Shown here in pieces: positions 29,886 through 43,905 of a stretch of 64,000 nucleotides of DNA; the stretch's first letter is position 1, and each line of letters starts with the position of its first letter. A program made the position numbers and the translations under genes. Source of the stretch: Octopus vulgaris (taxonomy: Eukaryota). Location: assembly GCA_951406725.2 (NCBI GenBank), contig OX597817.1:23870001-23934000 (forward strand), in the 5' to 3' direction. The notes beneath the pieces are model-generated. The model had not been told where the DNA came from, ran no database searches, and saw only the letters and a list, made by a program, of their open reading frames with translations.

Positions 29886-31041
29886 CATATACATATATGT
29901 TTGCATATGTGTATTTATACGTAAAGTACGTGAAATCGAATTCTGTTGAATGTTTGTCTGGGTGTCATTAAACGTATCATTAAAACAGTACACCCGAAAG
30001 TCGAAAAAAATGTATCGTAATTATAGTAAAATGTAACATTACCGACGCTCTCTCTCTCTCTCTATGTTTATATGTGTATGTGTGAATAGGTATACGCACA
30101 CATCTACACATTTTCTACACATGTATGTGTTAGTGTCTGTGTATGAGCGCATTTGTTATCTAGTTAATATCGACACATTGTTGATAGACAGATAGAAATG
30201 TATGGTGCTAGTTAGCCCGTAACTGAAAGCCACTATTAAAACAGGTGAAGGGAAATTGTTACAACGTATCAAAAACATAAAGCTATTTCTATATCTATAA
30301 CATTGTTGTACCTTAACTGTATCTTGCCATAATATTATCTATTGCCTATATTAATATTCATTTCAAAATCGTATGAACTCTAAATGTATAGCTATATATT
30401 TATATATATCATTTCATATTTTGAAAAGAAATGGTATAGAATTATAATGGGATATGTCTTACCTATTTCCGAACATGTTTCTGAATCTAGTATGTTTTGA
30501 TTTTGTTGGAAAATCTCCAAGCGTATCTCATTAATTCAGCTTTTCATGTTCCATTGACGTATTATGCAGCCTACAATTGTGAATGACAGTGACGTCTACA
30601 AGTATAAGTTTTTAATAATGCGCATAACTAACCATGTCACTAGTAGATGGTCAATAAGCACCATTTTAAATCACTGCATTATTATAAGAACCAAACAGAA
30701 ATTTATGAAACTTGAAGTAAATCATCTGATATTGTTGATTTCCCTGTAATGATCCTTGCTCTTTTCATGTTGACATAGGAAATTGGAGATGATTGCACAT
30801 ATTTGTCCAATTAGTATGTTATAATCTTCATTGAAGTCTCCAGCATGAATATTGTTGAAGTTCTCGTTGAGGTCAAAATCGGTTGGAATCCTTATAACTA
30901 ATTATGAAAGGCATTCTATTCACGAACGCCTCAACCTGTTCTTGGGCATAAGACTATCTTGGCGATGGAGAGATATTTTTCTCTGGTCGAATGACTACGT
31001 AGAGATTCACCTGGTTCGATTTTCAAGTAGTGCGTACATAG

Positions 31042-31095
<54 letters not shown>

Positions 31096-31155
31096 TTGTA
31101 TATATATATATATATATATATATACCGGAGTACTCAAATACCAGGGGTAGAGTAA

Positions 31156-31315
31156 TATACTTCATTTAAAAGCAGCAGAAATTCAATAAAACCTGTTACT
31201 CGGAGTTTCACGTTCCCATTCGCCGGACAGTTTTGTTAAAAAAAAATGTCCGACGAACGGGAACGTGAAACTCCGAGTAACAGGTTTTGTTGAATTTCTG
31301 CTGCTTTTAAATGAA

Positions 31316-31321
<6 letters not shown>
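31156..31321. repeat. Head-to-head inverted repeat with a minimal hammerhead motif in each arm
   Basis: Arms 31156-31229 and 31247-31321. Plus arm reads tgt-CCGACGA-acg ggaa cgt-GAAA-ctc c gag-UA-aca (31247-31282). Confidence 0.85.
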
Positions 31322-31389
<68 letters not shown>

Positions 31390-31482
31390 AGAGTTGAGTT
31401 TACGAAACAAAAACAAAGGATGAAGACAGGTGGTGTACAAAACAAACAGATGTATTAGTATAACGCTCAGGAATAGAAAAGT

Positions 31483-31518
31483 CTTTCACGTTTCGAGCCT
31501 ACGCTCTTCTACAGAAAG
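31483..31518 (-). ncRNA. Degenerate minimal hammerhead motif
   Basis: cttt-CUGUAGA-a-gagc gtag gctc-GAAA-cg-UG-aaag; A6 and H17 deviate from consensus. Confidence 0.45.
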
Positions 31519-31829
31519 GGACACAGAAAACAAGGAGAGAAAAAAATGTGTGTAGTGGCTAACGATCTATTATGGCTATAGATATATAGATATACATATA
31601 CTTATACATATACATAAATACATACATAAATACATATATACATACATACATACATACATACATTATGGCTGTTGATTAAGCGTGTATAAACATAGATGAC
31701 TAAATAAAATATATAGCTGTATTATATGAGAACGCCAATGGATTTTAAATCCTGCCAGCAATTTTCGGAGCTTGTTACAGATTCGCATTCATGCAAAATT
31801 TTTCTGACTTTCACTTCTTGGTTATTTCG

Positions 31830-32130
31830 GATCATCTGATATTCTCCGTGCACTCTCATGTGCATGGATAGACTTGAGCGATTGTAGCGCTATTTCTGGT
31901 AGACACTGTATGCGAAGTCGTCCCCCCAGTTAAAAAGTTAGTAACTGGTCTTTCTACATGGCCTTCTCCAGTGATTCACCGGCCTGCACGAGACATACGT
32001 ATGCGGCCACATATGTCACAGACTTGTTGAGGAACTGTAGGGTTGTCGGAATTGTCTTTCATGCTGATCTCCTTATGCGTGACTATTCGTTTGCATTTTG
32101 CTTGAATGTGCTCACTCCGTCATACACTCT
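31830..32130 (-). mobile_element. RTE-like LINE 3' end with degenerate C2H2 zinc-finger motifs
   Basis: VCDICGRIRMSRAG...H and YNRSSLSMHMRVH in broken frames. Confidence 0.5.
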
Positions 32131-32234
32131 TTGTTTCCATATTTTCCCTGTTACGTGATATGTCTTCCCATTCCTATTCTGAAATTCTGAAAGACACAGC
32201 TTACAGCATGCAAAAGAGCAAAAGTTAAAAGACA

Positions 32235-32557
32235 CACTTCGGTCATGAATGACGATGGGATTGCTCCTAGAGGGTTTCCCTCCGAGGCACAAGTCCGGGC
32301 AAGATTGTTTATGGACGACCAGCAGTCGCCCATGCACACCAGCCTCTCCTCTCCATTCCACCTATGTTATTCGAGTGCAAAGCAAAGGCCGATACTTTTG
32401 GCACCAGTGACATAGCAACTCATTTCTACAGCTGAGTGAACTGGAGCAACGTGAAATAAAGTTCATGCTCAAGAACACTACACACAACTCGGTTCGGGAA
32501 TCGATCTCTCTACCTCCTGATAATGAGTCCAACGCTCTAACCACTGAGCCATGCACC
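32235..32557 (-). mobile_element. tRNA-derived SINE family C
   Basis: Head tggctcagtggttagagcgttggactc...gatcgattccc, then gtgttcttgagc...ttcacgttgctccagttcactcagctgta. Related copy at 48335-48620. Confidence 0.75.
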
Positions 32558-33166
32558 ATGCATGATAATCTACTATCCTATCCGTGTAAATGCTTATCAT
32601 TCATCCATATATTCCTGCAGAGAGTGTCGCTAACCTCTAATCGTCGAATTCTTGTGGCTTATAAAATGACAAACATAATCAATAAGAATGTTAAGGATGT
32701 ATTATTCTATTTAGAATCACATTTGGTCGATCATTTATAAACACAACTAAATACTCCTCATATTACAACTTGCCACATTTAAAAAGGATGTATACATTGG
32801 ATGATGTAGTCCTAGATACACCAAGTCGGAATCAAAGACCATTTGATACGATTGCAATAACCTAAGTCAGGGCCCTGGTCAACTGAAGCCGCTCTGGGGT
32901 TAAACCACTACAGCAACATGCTTAGTTTGATTTTGATTTTGATTTTGATTTTGATTTTGATATCTAGGCTTTAAGAATCCTTAAGTTAAGCTACTTTAAT
33001 AATTCTTCTTCGGGATTTTACTTCTTTCATTTCAGCAATTACCCATTATTTTCTCGAATAAACTCCCATTTACATCCTTCCCCTTCGATTGATTTCATTA
33101 TGTTGATTGAAAGGAAAATACTAGAGAAAAAGACGTATCACTTCTTAACATTCACTTTTTTCTTTA

Positions 33167-33551
33167 TCTCTCTCTATATAAACGGCAGTTTGTCTGTGCG
33201 TGTTTCTGTGTGTCTGTTTGCTTGTACCCTCACCCTGACCACGGCTTTCAACCGATTCTGATGAAACTTGACACACACATAGCCCAATGTCATAATTCAA
33301 AACTAACGCAGCGAAAATTTTGAAAAGTTCCCCCAGTTCTGAAAAAAATCGATAAATTCGACATGGGGTCGAGAATCAGGAATACGAACCACAAACTATG
33401 TAGGGGACGCAACTCTACCTTATTTAAATCTCAAAAAAAAATTTACCATCATTTTTTTCCATTTTTTTGCTATTTTTTGGCTATAACTCTCTAAAAATGC
33501 TTTATAGTTATTTCCCTTACAAACCTGAGCAACGCCGGGCGATACTGCTAG
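33167..33551 (+). mobile_element. Non-autonomous Helitron
   Basis: 5' TC, 3' imperfect hairpin cctgagcaacgccggg followed by CTAG; inserted between A and T with no TSD. Confidence 0.75.
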
Positions 33552-35194
33552 TCATTATTATACCTCACCGTTTTAAAATCAGAAATGTTGTCGCTTTTAT
33601 ATTCACCCTAAGAGCAAGGTTTAATTCAGAGGCTTTTTTCTTTTCTTTTTGTAATCTAAGCAATCAAAAACCTGATTGACTATTATTACAATATTTCTTT
33701 TTTCACTTTTCATTTTTCGTTTACGAACACGAATTTAACCCAAATGCCCACATACATACACACATATATGTGTGCACATTATTGCACTTATTTCTTCAAT
33801 CGTTTCTGCACATCGCACTTCATTAAATTGTCTCCACGTGACAAGATAATTTTCGTTACAACCATGTGGACTATCGATCATGCTGTGATCCTTTCATTTC
33901 TTCTTTTCTTTTTTTATTCTCTCTTTCTTTCATTCTTTTATTCAGTTTTCTACTTCAATTTTACTGCCTTGTTCTATTTTAAAAAAATGAAGTTCTTTTA
34001 TTCTTTCTCCGCTATTTTTGAATCATTATTTTTATAAAAAGGTGACCGAAAGCAAAATAGATAGAGAGGGAGAGGTGAAGAAATTGTGCTTTTAAATTAT
34101 TTTACTTCCGGTTGAGATGATTTCAATTTCAAATCTGTTTTTCTTTGTTTTCTTTTAAGTGAATACCCCTACTTCACAAGCCTTTGGGCGATTTGGAAGT
34201 TTGATGGAAACCATCCTTAGCTTTGGACTTGAAATAAAATATAAATCAACATGAAATCAATGATTCACGTTTTTCATGAATTCATAGAAGCTCATTATTT
34301 TATATCGCATATCACCTTAAACAAAGAGGTTGACCTCTACAGCTACGCCATAACGGTAAAAAAAAAGATACAAATTTTAGAAAAATATTAATTCTATTTG
34401 ATCAGCTGTCCTTGAAGAGTAACTCTCTCAGATATTAACTGAATATTATGAACTAGTAACCTGTATTTTATTTTTACTGTATTATGTATACCGTTACAAA
34501 ATATGATGCGTAGCCAAAGTAAGACCTCGGCGAACCAGTTCAACAACAGCGTATATCGTTTCTATTCATAGATGTTTCATTTCACTTGCGTAACTAAACG
34601 CATTCTGGATTAAAATTTATCACTTCACTTATTACCAAATAGCTTTCCTTTCGAGGAAATCAATTGAATATTTATACCTACTTAAAAAAATCATTGTTGA
34701 AAAATGCCTTGGGTTAATTCCAATTTTACAACCAGATTTTAATTCGTTATGGGAGTAACATGCCCTAGCATTGTTTACTCTGTTGGGAAGGGATGAATGT
34801 GATATCCTACTCACATGAATGTGAGACCCTCAGGTTATAAATCTGTGAGGTTCCGTATCTAGCTAACATATCTTATTGCAAAAGGTCAGGTTAATAAATT
34901 TCTAACAATTTTAGAGTAGACAAAATGAAAATATTAAATATTGTCTAGTAATGTCAACATAGACTATAGTAAATATCCAAAAATGTAAGTTTATATTTCA
35001 AAATAGTGAAGTAGATAAGTTCAGTAAGTGTTATACACATTAAAACAAAGAATATATATACGTATATCTATAATGGCGGTTCCTTTAGCAGCTATGGAGA
35101 CGAGAACTTTTGCCTGAAACGTCTATCATCTGACACATAATCCGAACTTCTGATTTAAAATTTCAAAAAATGTACTTTAAGTGGTCAACATTCT

Positions 35195-35582
35195 TTTCTA
35201 CTCTAGGCACAAGGCCCGAAATTTGGGGGGAGGGAGCCAGTCGATTAGATTAACCCCAGTACGTAACTAGTATTTAATTTATCGACGCCAAAAGGATGAA
35301 AAGCAAAGTCGATCTCTGCAGAATTTTGAACTCAGAACGTAGACAAACGAAATACATATTTCTTTACTACCCACAAGGGGCTAAACACAGAGAGGACAAA
35401 CAAGGACAGACAAACGGATAAAGTCGATTATATCGACCCCAGTGCGTAACTGGTACTTATTTAATCGACCGCGAAAGGATAAAAGGCAAAGTCGACCTCG
35501 GCGGAATTTGAACTCAGAACGTAGCGGCAGACGGAATACCAATAAGCATTTCGCCCGGCGTGCTAACGTTTCTGCCAGCTCG
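35195..35582 (-). mobile_element. SINE family B dimer (second unit with alternative tail)
   Basis: Two family B bodies joined at aaagaaatatgtatttcgtttg on the minus strand. Confidence 0.88.
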
Positions 35583-36015
35583 AGGCCTTTGTAAGTAGTC
35601 AAACATTTTTATTTGAGCATTCTGATAGAAATGCGTATAAAAAAACAAGACTAAGTAATATTAATTGTTGGAATAATAGTTTTACCCTTTGATTGCAGTT
35701 TTTCAATCAACGGTACTTATTGGTCCGTTGATATATGCGAGATTTTGAGAAGAAAGAAAAAGATACTTAAGCTTATCCACTTAATATACTGAGTAATTTG
35801 TCTTCAAGGCTTCAATTCAGCTGTCTATGAATGTATATAGACACACGGTCACGTACACGCGCGCGCGAGTGCCCACACACACACACACTTATACATGTGT
35901 ATCCGTGTGTGTGTGCGTGTGTATATATATTTCTTCCCTTCTTTCCTGAGCGTCCAATAATACTTTATTTGTTCCACGTCCTTGCGTTGTTGTATTTTTC
36001 TTTTCTTGTTTGGAT

Positions 36016-36067
<52 letters not shown>

Positions 36068-36190
36068 TATATAATTAATTCCCCCACCAAAAAAAAAAAC
36101 GGAAAAAAAAGGACAACAAGAAATAAATAACAACGCGAGGACGTGATACGTGCAAAGTATTAATAAGGCATTCAGGGAAGGAAAGAAAGG

Positions 36191-36227
36191 TGTTTTACGT
36201 TTCGAGCAAAGCTCTTCTTCAGAAACA
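36191..36227 (-). ncRNA. Minimal type I hammerhead ribozyme motif, canonical core
   Basis: tgttt-CUGAAGA-a-gagc ttt gctc-GAAA-cg-UA-aaaca; perfect 5-bp stem I and palindromic ACGU stem III. Confidence 0.75.
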
Positions 36228-36974
36228 AGAGACAGAATAAAGACCAAAAGAAAAGGAAGAAAGAGTAAGAAAATCGCATACAATTCATGTCATTCTAAAC
36301 CACGAGACCTGTATGCAACCAGCTCGGGCAAATAAAGATATGTATTATAGTCGGACCATGCAAAACCGAGTTAATTAAGCAAACCGATGTACTTCAATAA
36401 TCCCTCAGCTACAGGAGTAACTTCGCTATCTTATTGTCAACAAATCTAAATCCACGAAGTTCATGATAGCAGTTTTTTTGTAAGATTTTTTAATATCATT
36501 ACTATATTCTGTAAATTTTACCGAGTGCGCGGGAAAATTTTGTAATAAAACCTATTTCAGGTTTCTTGGGAAACTGTTTATAAAACTCATTCAAATTTCT
36601 AAATAATCCAGTCTCATTTCAAGCGGTTTAGGTATTTCTTTGCAATAAGTAAAGTCCCTTTGGCTGTGATAAAGAAGTTTCGCCTCTCTTGCTGGACCTG
36701 CTATTATTTTAAATTCCGGCGTTAGATAGTTCTTTTAGCAGGTGCCTACTTTGACAAATTATTAATCTCTTCTACTATGGTAATTTTCTCAGATATTACA
36801 GAGTTCATTCGCATACACATCTACTATTTACCAGATGTACACTTCCATCTGAAAATGGAATATCGGAAAAGATATAAACACCAGTATGGAAACGGTATGG
36901 AAATCAGGTTGTCTTACTTATACCAAATCAAAATACTCGCAAATATTTTTCTTACAGCAGTTAATCTTTTCCTT

Positions 36975-37198
36975 GAGCTGGCTGAAACGTTAGCACGTCG
37001 GGCGAAATGCGTAGCCGTATTTCCTCTGCCGTTACGTTCTGAGTTCAAATTCCGCCGAGGTCGACTTTGCCTTTCATCCTTTCGGGGTCGATAAATTAAG
37101 TACCAGTTACGCACTGGGGTCGATGTAATCGACTTAATCCGTTTGTCTGTCCTTGTTTGTCCCCTCCGTGTTTAGCCCCTTGTGGGTAGTAAATAAAT
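36975..37198 (+). mobile_element. SINE family B with 15-bp TSD
   Basis: Flanked by agttaatcttttcct at 36959-36973 and 37199-37213. Confidence 0.92.
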
Positions 37199-37269
37199 AG
37201 TTAATCTTTTCCTATTGACACTACAAAAATATCAACAAGTGTTGTAGCTTGGGAGTTCTCTCTCTCTCT

Positions 37270-37302
<33 letters not shown>

Positions 37303-38975
37303 CTCTCTTTCTCCGCACCATAAACATGCCGAAGTTCGAGCTTTTCTCTATGTTTGTTCATTGTCTGTTACCCGACTGAAATTTTATAAACCTTATGAGA
37401 AGTACAAGGGTTATTTCACATCTAGAACAAACAAGATATGCTATTTTTTCAAGACTAGTGATGTCTTTCTCTTGTGTTTGCGAAGTGTATTCACGACAAA
37501 TATATCAGAATCGATAGAATTGTTTAATAAGTTTCGTATTTATAAAGGTATACCAACTTGCCTAAAACGATAACTTTATATTAGTCAGTCAGTTGCCGGC
37601 TGACACTCGTTGACGCTACACCGAAGAGGCCAGGGAACAGAAGAAAGATGAAGAAAGAAGACATGCACCCAACACCAGAGCTGAAGACACCTCAGAACGG
37701 AGGGGGGCGCCACGTCAAATCGGTAGAGGAGTAGGGGCCGAAACCGGACGTGGCTCCCCCTGATGATATCTTGAGCTAACTGGATCCTATAAAAGAGCTG
37801 TTGTGGTAGCAGATCCCGAAACATGGTTGTAATTCCTCCTTGGAATAAAATGATAAGCTTCATCTTTCTACATGCATCGGCAATTCCAAATCGTAGTGGG
37901 GTAGTATCTCATAACTCGACTATATCTAATGATATATTTAGACTCAGAAATACCAAAATGCCAAGAATTGATTCAAATATTCTTGACGACTGGACAGGGT
38001 TTTGGTCGTAGAGCAATGTTATACTACAAAAACACTTTGCCATCATAAATTGCATTATGTAATTGTGTTCATTGTCATTTTCATAAGAAACATTTTCTCG
38101 TCAAGCAATGTTTTTTTCTGGCGGACGCAATAGGTCATGGGGAAAGGAAATTATCCAACAATCCCTCTTTATGTAGCTTAAATCGGACTCACTGGAAACC
38201 CCTTCCGTCCATTAAAAGCGAATGACGCAGTGAAGAGAGAAAAGAGCCCTCCCAACAGACACAACGAAAGACGAGCAACAGATGTGAACTCATGATCTAC
38301 GTGTTAGCGATCCAATATATTATCCTGCTTGTCCAAGCCTAAACAAGAGAGTAATTATATTACAACACATTCCGGATATACTACGCACTACCACCACCAC
38401 CACCACCACCACTACTACTACTACTACACACATACAGGCAACCACACACACACACGCACACGCGCACACATGCCCACGCACAAGCTCATACATACATTAG
38501 TTGCACGTTCGAGAATTTCCACGACAATATGTTTGTGTAAAATACATGAAAACAAAAGTAACGGCATTTGATTCTCAGGTAATGCCAACTGTATTTAAAA
38601 GCTACGGTACAATATTTTAAGGCTTCTTTTTCAATTTACCTCTTACCAAGGAAACTGAATTATGGAAACTTAGCGTACTTTTATTTGATTTCAGTGTTTC
38701 AATAAAGTGATTCACACCTCTTCCAACACATACACGTATATATGTGTATGTGTGTTTGTGTATGTGTGTTTGTGTACGTGTGTTTGTGTGCGTATGTATG
38801 CGTTTCTCTGTGTGTATGAGTGTGTGCTTGTTTTCGTGTGTGTAAGTGTGTGTGTATACATACATGCAAATGTCTTCGAGCATATGTTAAACGCTACTTT
38901 CGTTCTTGGGTATGTAAATACATGCGCTTGTATATAGAAGCATATAAACATACATGCATGCGTGCGTGTATATAT

Positions 38976-39050
<75 letters not shown>

Positions 39051-39098
39051 CAAGTGTGTATATGCATAAACACATATTTATATATACATACATCTATA

Positions 39099-39139
<41 letters not shown>

Positions 39140-39545
39140 TCATACATACGCACACATATATTCCGCCAAACACACACACACACACACAGATACATATTAT
39201 TATATACACATACATATATGTGTACATTTATACTAGTATAGATGGATGTATATATGCATACGTGTGTCAGTGAAATTTAATCCCAAGACATAGAATGGGT
39301 CAAATGCACACACACACTCGCACATTCATCCATTCTGTTGTACCCTTCTTCACACAGTAATGCGTGAATAAATGGAAAGAAGGAAATGTCTAGGTATTAT
39401 CGTGTATTAACATGCATACACACGGAAACATACATACTCAGCTCATTCACACACATAGATCACACTAAATTGCTCACATACACATACATACGTACATATA
39501 TATATATATATATACATAAATATATACACATATATATACATATAT

Positions 39546-39586
<41 letters not shown>

Positions 39587-39627
39587 TATACATATATATA
39601 TATATACACATATATACATATATATAC

Positions 39628-39711
<84 letters not shown>

Positions 39712-39786
39712 ATACATATATATATATACACAGCCGTGCATTCATGCATGCGCATATATATATACATATGTATGTATATGTATGTA

Positions 39787-39835
<49 letters not shown>

Positions 39836-39861
39836 TTATATATATATATATATGTATATAT

Positions 39862-39898
<37 letters not shown>

Positions 39899-39915
39899 AA
39901 TATATACATATATAT

Positions 39916-39979
<64 letters not shown>

Positions 39980-40897
39980 GCGCGCACCCATTAATGCGTA
40001 TAGAAACCAGAGTGTATGCATACAAACGCCTGTACGTCTTCACAAGCTGAGAACGTGGATTTTTCCACGCGTACATACACACCTGTACATATACCTGCTT
40101 GCACACACACACACACACACACACTCACACACTAACAGGCCTAACATCATGCAAGTATATGATGGCACGTAGATGCAAATATATGGACGTAGTTACAAAC
40201 AGGAATTTACACGTGATCGATACACAGTATTACTCACGCGCACAAATACGCATAATGTGTGTGTCTCTCTCACACACAGACACAACCACGTGAATTAACA
40301 CAAACGCACTATACCACTATATACACACAAAGACACGCAGACGCATCGTAAACAGGCAAATACATGTTCTTAGATACACACACACTCACTGACAATCACA
40401 AACACACAGACACAATCACACAAATACATATGCATGTGATTGCTTCAATTTCTAGAAACCTAAAAACGGTTGATTAGACTTTAGAACAGAACACATAGCT
40501 GTGGGTTATGTATTATATTCAGTTGTAAGCAGAGGGAGGAGTTGGGTAGTAAAAGTTATTTACATGTGTAGGACACCATGCTTTGAGTCAGTAAAATCGA
40601 ACATTCAAATAGATTTCTAGAAACTTCCAGTGACACAATCAACTTTAGAAATCTCTATCGTTATTTATCATTTGTATTTTCTATCGGTTTCAGCCATCAA
40701 TTTAACCATAGCATTTTACTTTTCTAATTTAACAACAGCTTGCCAAGTGCCAAAATAGAACAGTATATTTTCAACAAGCAGAATTCTGTGCTTAGTTTCA
40801 GTTAAGAAGACACTACATACCTCTTCATTGCGAAACATTTTCGGAGAATTATTGAACCACACACCTTTCTAATTCACTGTCCACTTTTAGACTGACG

Positions 40898-41315
40898 AAA
40901 TACCTATTTCTTCATTACCCACAAGGGGCTAAACACAGAGGGTACAAACAAGGACAGACATAGGTATTAAGTCGATTACATCGACCCCAGTGCGTAACTG
41001 GTACTTAATTTATCGATCCCGAAAGGATGAAAGGCAAAGTCGACCTCGGCGGAATTTGAACTCACAACGTAACGCAGACGAAATACCTATTTCTTTACTA
41101 CCCACAAGGGGCTAAACACAGAGGGGACAGACAAGGACAGACATAGGTATTAAGTCGATTACATCGACCCCAGTGCGTAACTGGTACTTAATTTATCGAC
41201 CCCGAAAGGATGAAAGGCAAAGTCGACCTCGGCGGAATTTGAACTCACAACGTAACGCAGACGAAATACCGCTAAGCATTTCGCCCGGCGTGCTAACGTT
41301 TCTGCCAGCTCGCCG
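40898..41315 (-). mobile_element. SINE family B tandem dimer with 14-bp TSD
   Basis: cttttagactgacg at 40884-40897 and 41316-41329 brackets both near-identical units. Confidence 0.92.
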
Positions 41316-42092
41316 CTTTTAGACTGACGTAACCGCTTGTAGACTTGCCCATCTATGCTCCTCCCATCTTGATAGACTAAATCCGTTACCTGGTTGAACA
41401 CAACTACAGGACCATTAGTTCTCTTTAGGGTAGAACAGTGTGTTGCAAATACTCGAACAAGATTCCCTGTCTGATGACTATTTAACATCTTGATGCAGAA
41501 TTTCGTGCTGCATTAACCAATAATTCGTCCTGGATTTCTTTTTTCACCCTTACTTATCCTTGATAGTCTATACATGACTTAAGCACTGCCTTTCCTTCCC
41601 TGACCAAACTATAAAAAATCCCTCGTATTCTAATACATACTATTGTTCGTTAAGTCAAATAACACAATGTGAAGAAAGTAAGAGAAGTGGCTGATAGCTT
41701 CCTGCAACAGTAACTGAATAAAATGTCTTTCTGCATTCACTTGTATTCACTGTTTTACAAAAAAAAATGGCCACAATCTTTAAACAATTTCAGGCACACT
41801 TTTGCATACTCTGCTCAACTTCCATTCCTACATCTACTACAATGGCAGTTACTGTTCAGAATAGTTTTCATGTCATCCGCACTAAAATTCCACGAGATAC
41901 ATATTTCTGTCGCATTTACTCGTCAAACGTATTATCTACTCTCATCATCATTCTCCCAGCGCAAAATCTCGACCCGATAGAAATCAATACTAACCAGAGT
42001 ACTTCAAGCTGACCTCCATTGACAGATGTTGAAGCTGATGATCATTCATATCATTGGCACTAATTCTCTGAGTGTTTCTTTTGACTAAACCA

Positions 42093-42331
42093 TGAAAATA
42101 TACTGTTGTGTCTGGGGAGAGTCATTCTCTTTTGGTGCCTTATAATCTAACACGCTCACCAGTAAAATTTCCACTTATTTCATTTTTATTTTTCTAAAAT
42201 TTTCGTTGCGTCTTGGTTGAAAAGGTTGCAAGACGCAACGAAAAATTTTGAAAAATAGAAAAGATATTAAGTGGAAATTATACGGCACCAAAAGAGAATG
42301 ACTCTCTCAAGACACAACAGAATATGCTTCA
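42093..42331. mobile_element. Palindromic MITE-like element
   Basis: ctgttgtgtctggggagagtcattctcttttggtgcc / ggcaccaaaagagaatgactctctcaagacacaacag, plus inner aaattttcgttgcgtcttg / caagacgcaacgaaaaattt. Confidence 0.8.
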
Positions 42332-43067
42332 AAACACGAACTCGCATAAAGAATCTTGCAAACCAAATCCAAAAACATGAAAATATAAATATTCTAATAT
42401 ATTGCTATACAGCGACTTGACTGCATACAAGAAACTTGTACAATCTAAACATAACCTCCTCAGCTAGTTTCATTTTCTACTGCAATTACAAAATGTAAAT
42501 AAATACTGATTTCATTTCGCTAGGAATAATTATAAAGTACGGAATGTTTATTCTAGTAATCCACTCTAACACAAAATATTAAAAATTTAAATTCTGTTTA
42601 AGGCATGAAAACAAGAGAGGTTGTTGTTGTTGTTGTTATTGTTGTTTGTGGTGCTGGTGCTGGTGCTGGTGTTGCTGCTGTTGTATTCTTCTTCTTCTTC
42701 TTCTTCTTCTTCTTCTTCTTCTTCTTCTTCTTCTTCTTCTTCTTCTTCTTCTTCTTCTTCTTCTTCTTCTTCTCCTTCCAATCAACACTCACGCTATTAA
42801 CCACAAAGAATAATCTCTAATTCGAGCCTACTCTAAGCTACTAAGAATGCGTGTGGCAACTTGAAGACCCACCCACCACACGCGATAGACTGGGGATTGC
42901 TCGGGCGCGGAAGCTACGTTGTTACCCTCATTCCGTAAATGGTGGCTTTTAACGGGTGGCGTGCTGAACCATTCTGGGGTATAGGGGATTCGCAATCTAG
43001 ACTAGGGTCTGAAAGTTTACCACACCATTGTGGTTTACACCATGATTCCTCTGCTTTGTGTCAGAAG

Positions 43068-43253
43068 TAGGAAGAAAGAGTGAGAGAAAGTTGTGGTGAA
43101 AGAGTACAGCGGGGTAAACCCCACACCCGCCGGATCTTCGTGGAGCTTAGGTGTTTTTGCTCAATAAACACTCACAATGCCTGGTCTGGGAATCGAAACC
43201 GCGTTCTTACGACCGCGAATCCGCTTCCCTAACCTATGGGCCATTGCGCCTCC
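43068..43253 (-). mobile_element. tRNA-derived SINE family D
   Basis: Minus-strand head ggaggcgcaatggcccataggttaggg...ggtttcgattcccagacc with A/B-box-like motifs. Confidence 0.7.
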
Positions 43254-43269
43254 ATTGTTGTTGTTGTTG

Positions 43270-43348
<79 letters not shown>

Positions 43349-43367
43349 CGATGATGACGACGACGAC

Positions 43368-43421
<54 letters not shown>

Positions 43422-43842
43422 AACAACGACGTTGTCTTCGTAGTTGCTGCAGCTATTAGCTTCAGGTCAGCGTTGGTAAAGTTCTATGCTCCAAGTCACT
43501 CGAGGCGCTACATTTCCATATTTTCAGAAATATCTGATGACAAAATGCAATTATTTCCATCATGCCAGTGACCACCGAGAAAGCTTTTTCTCGGTGGTTC
43601 AAGATTTACTGAATTGCATTTAATCCCAGACTCATTCACAGCGAAATACATTCATCCGTAAATATATATGTATACATACGCACACCCATACACGCACATA
43701 CGCATGCACACACACATACATATACATACATACATATATATATATATATACATGTATATATATATGTGTGTTTGCATGCATATATTTATAAATACAAGTA
43801 TATCTATGTATATGCATATAAACGTACGCATATCTATATCTA

Positions 43843-43886
<44 letters not shown>

Positions 43887-43905
43887 ATAGTGACGGAAAT
43901 GTATA

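Noticed and set aside
32240-32345. GC-rich hairpins considered as an HDV-like ribozyme
   Set aside because: Could not build the P1/P2/P3/P1.1 nested pseudoknot; treated as SINE tail.
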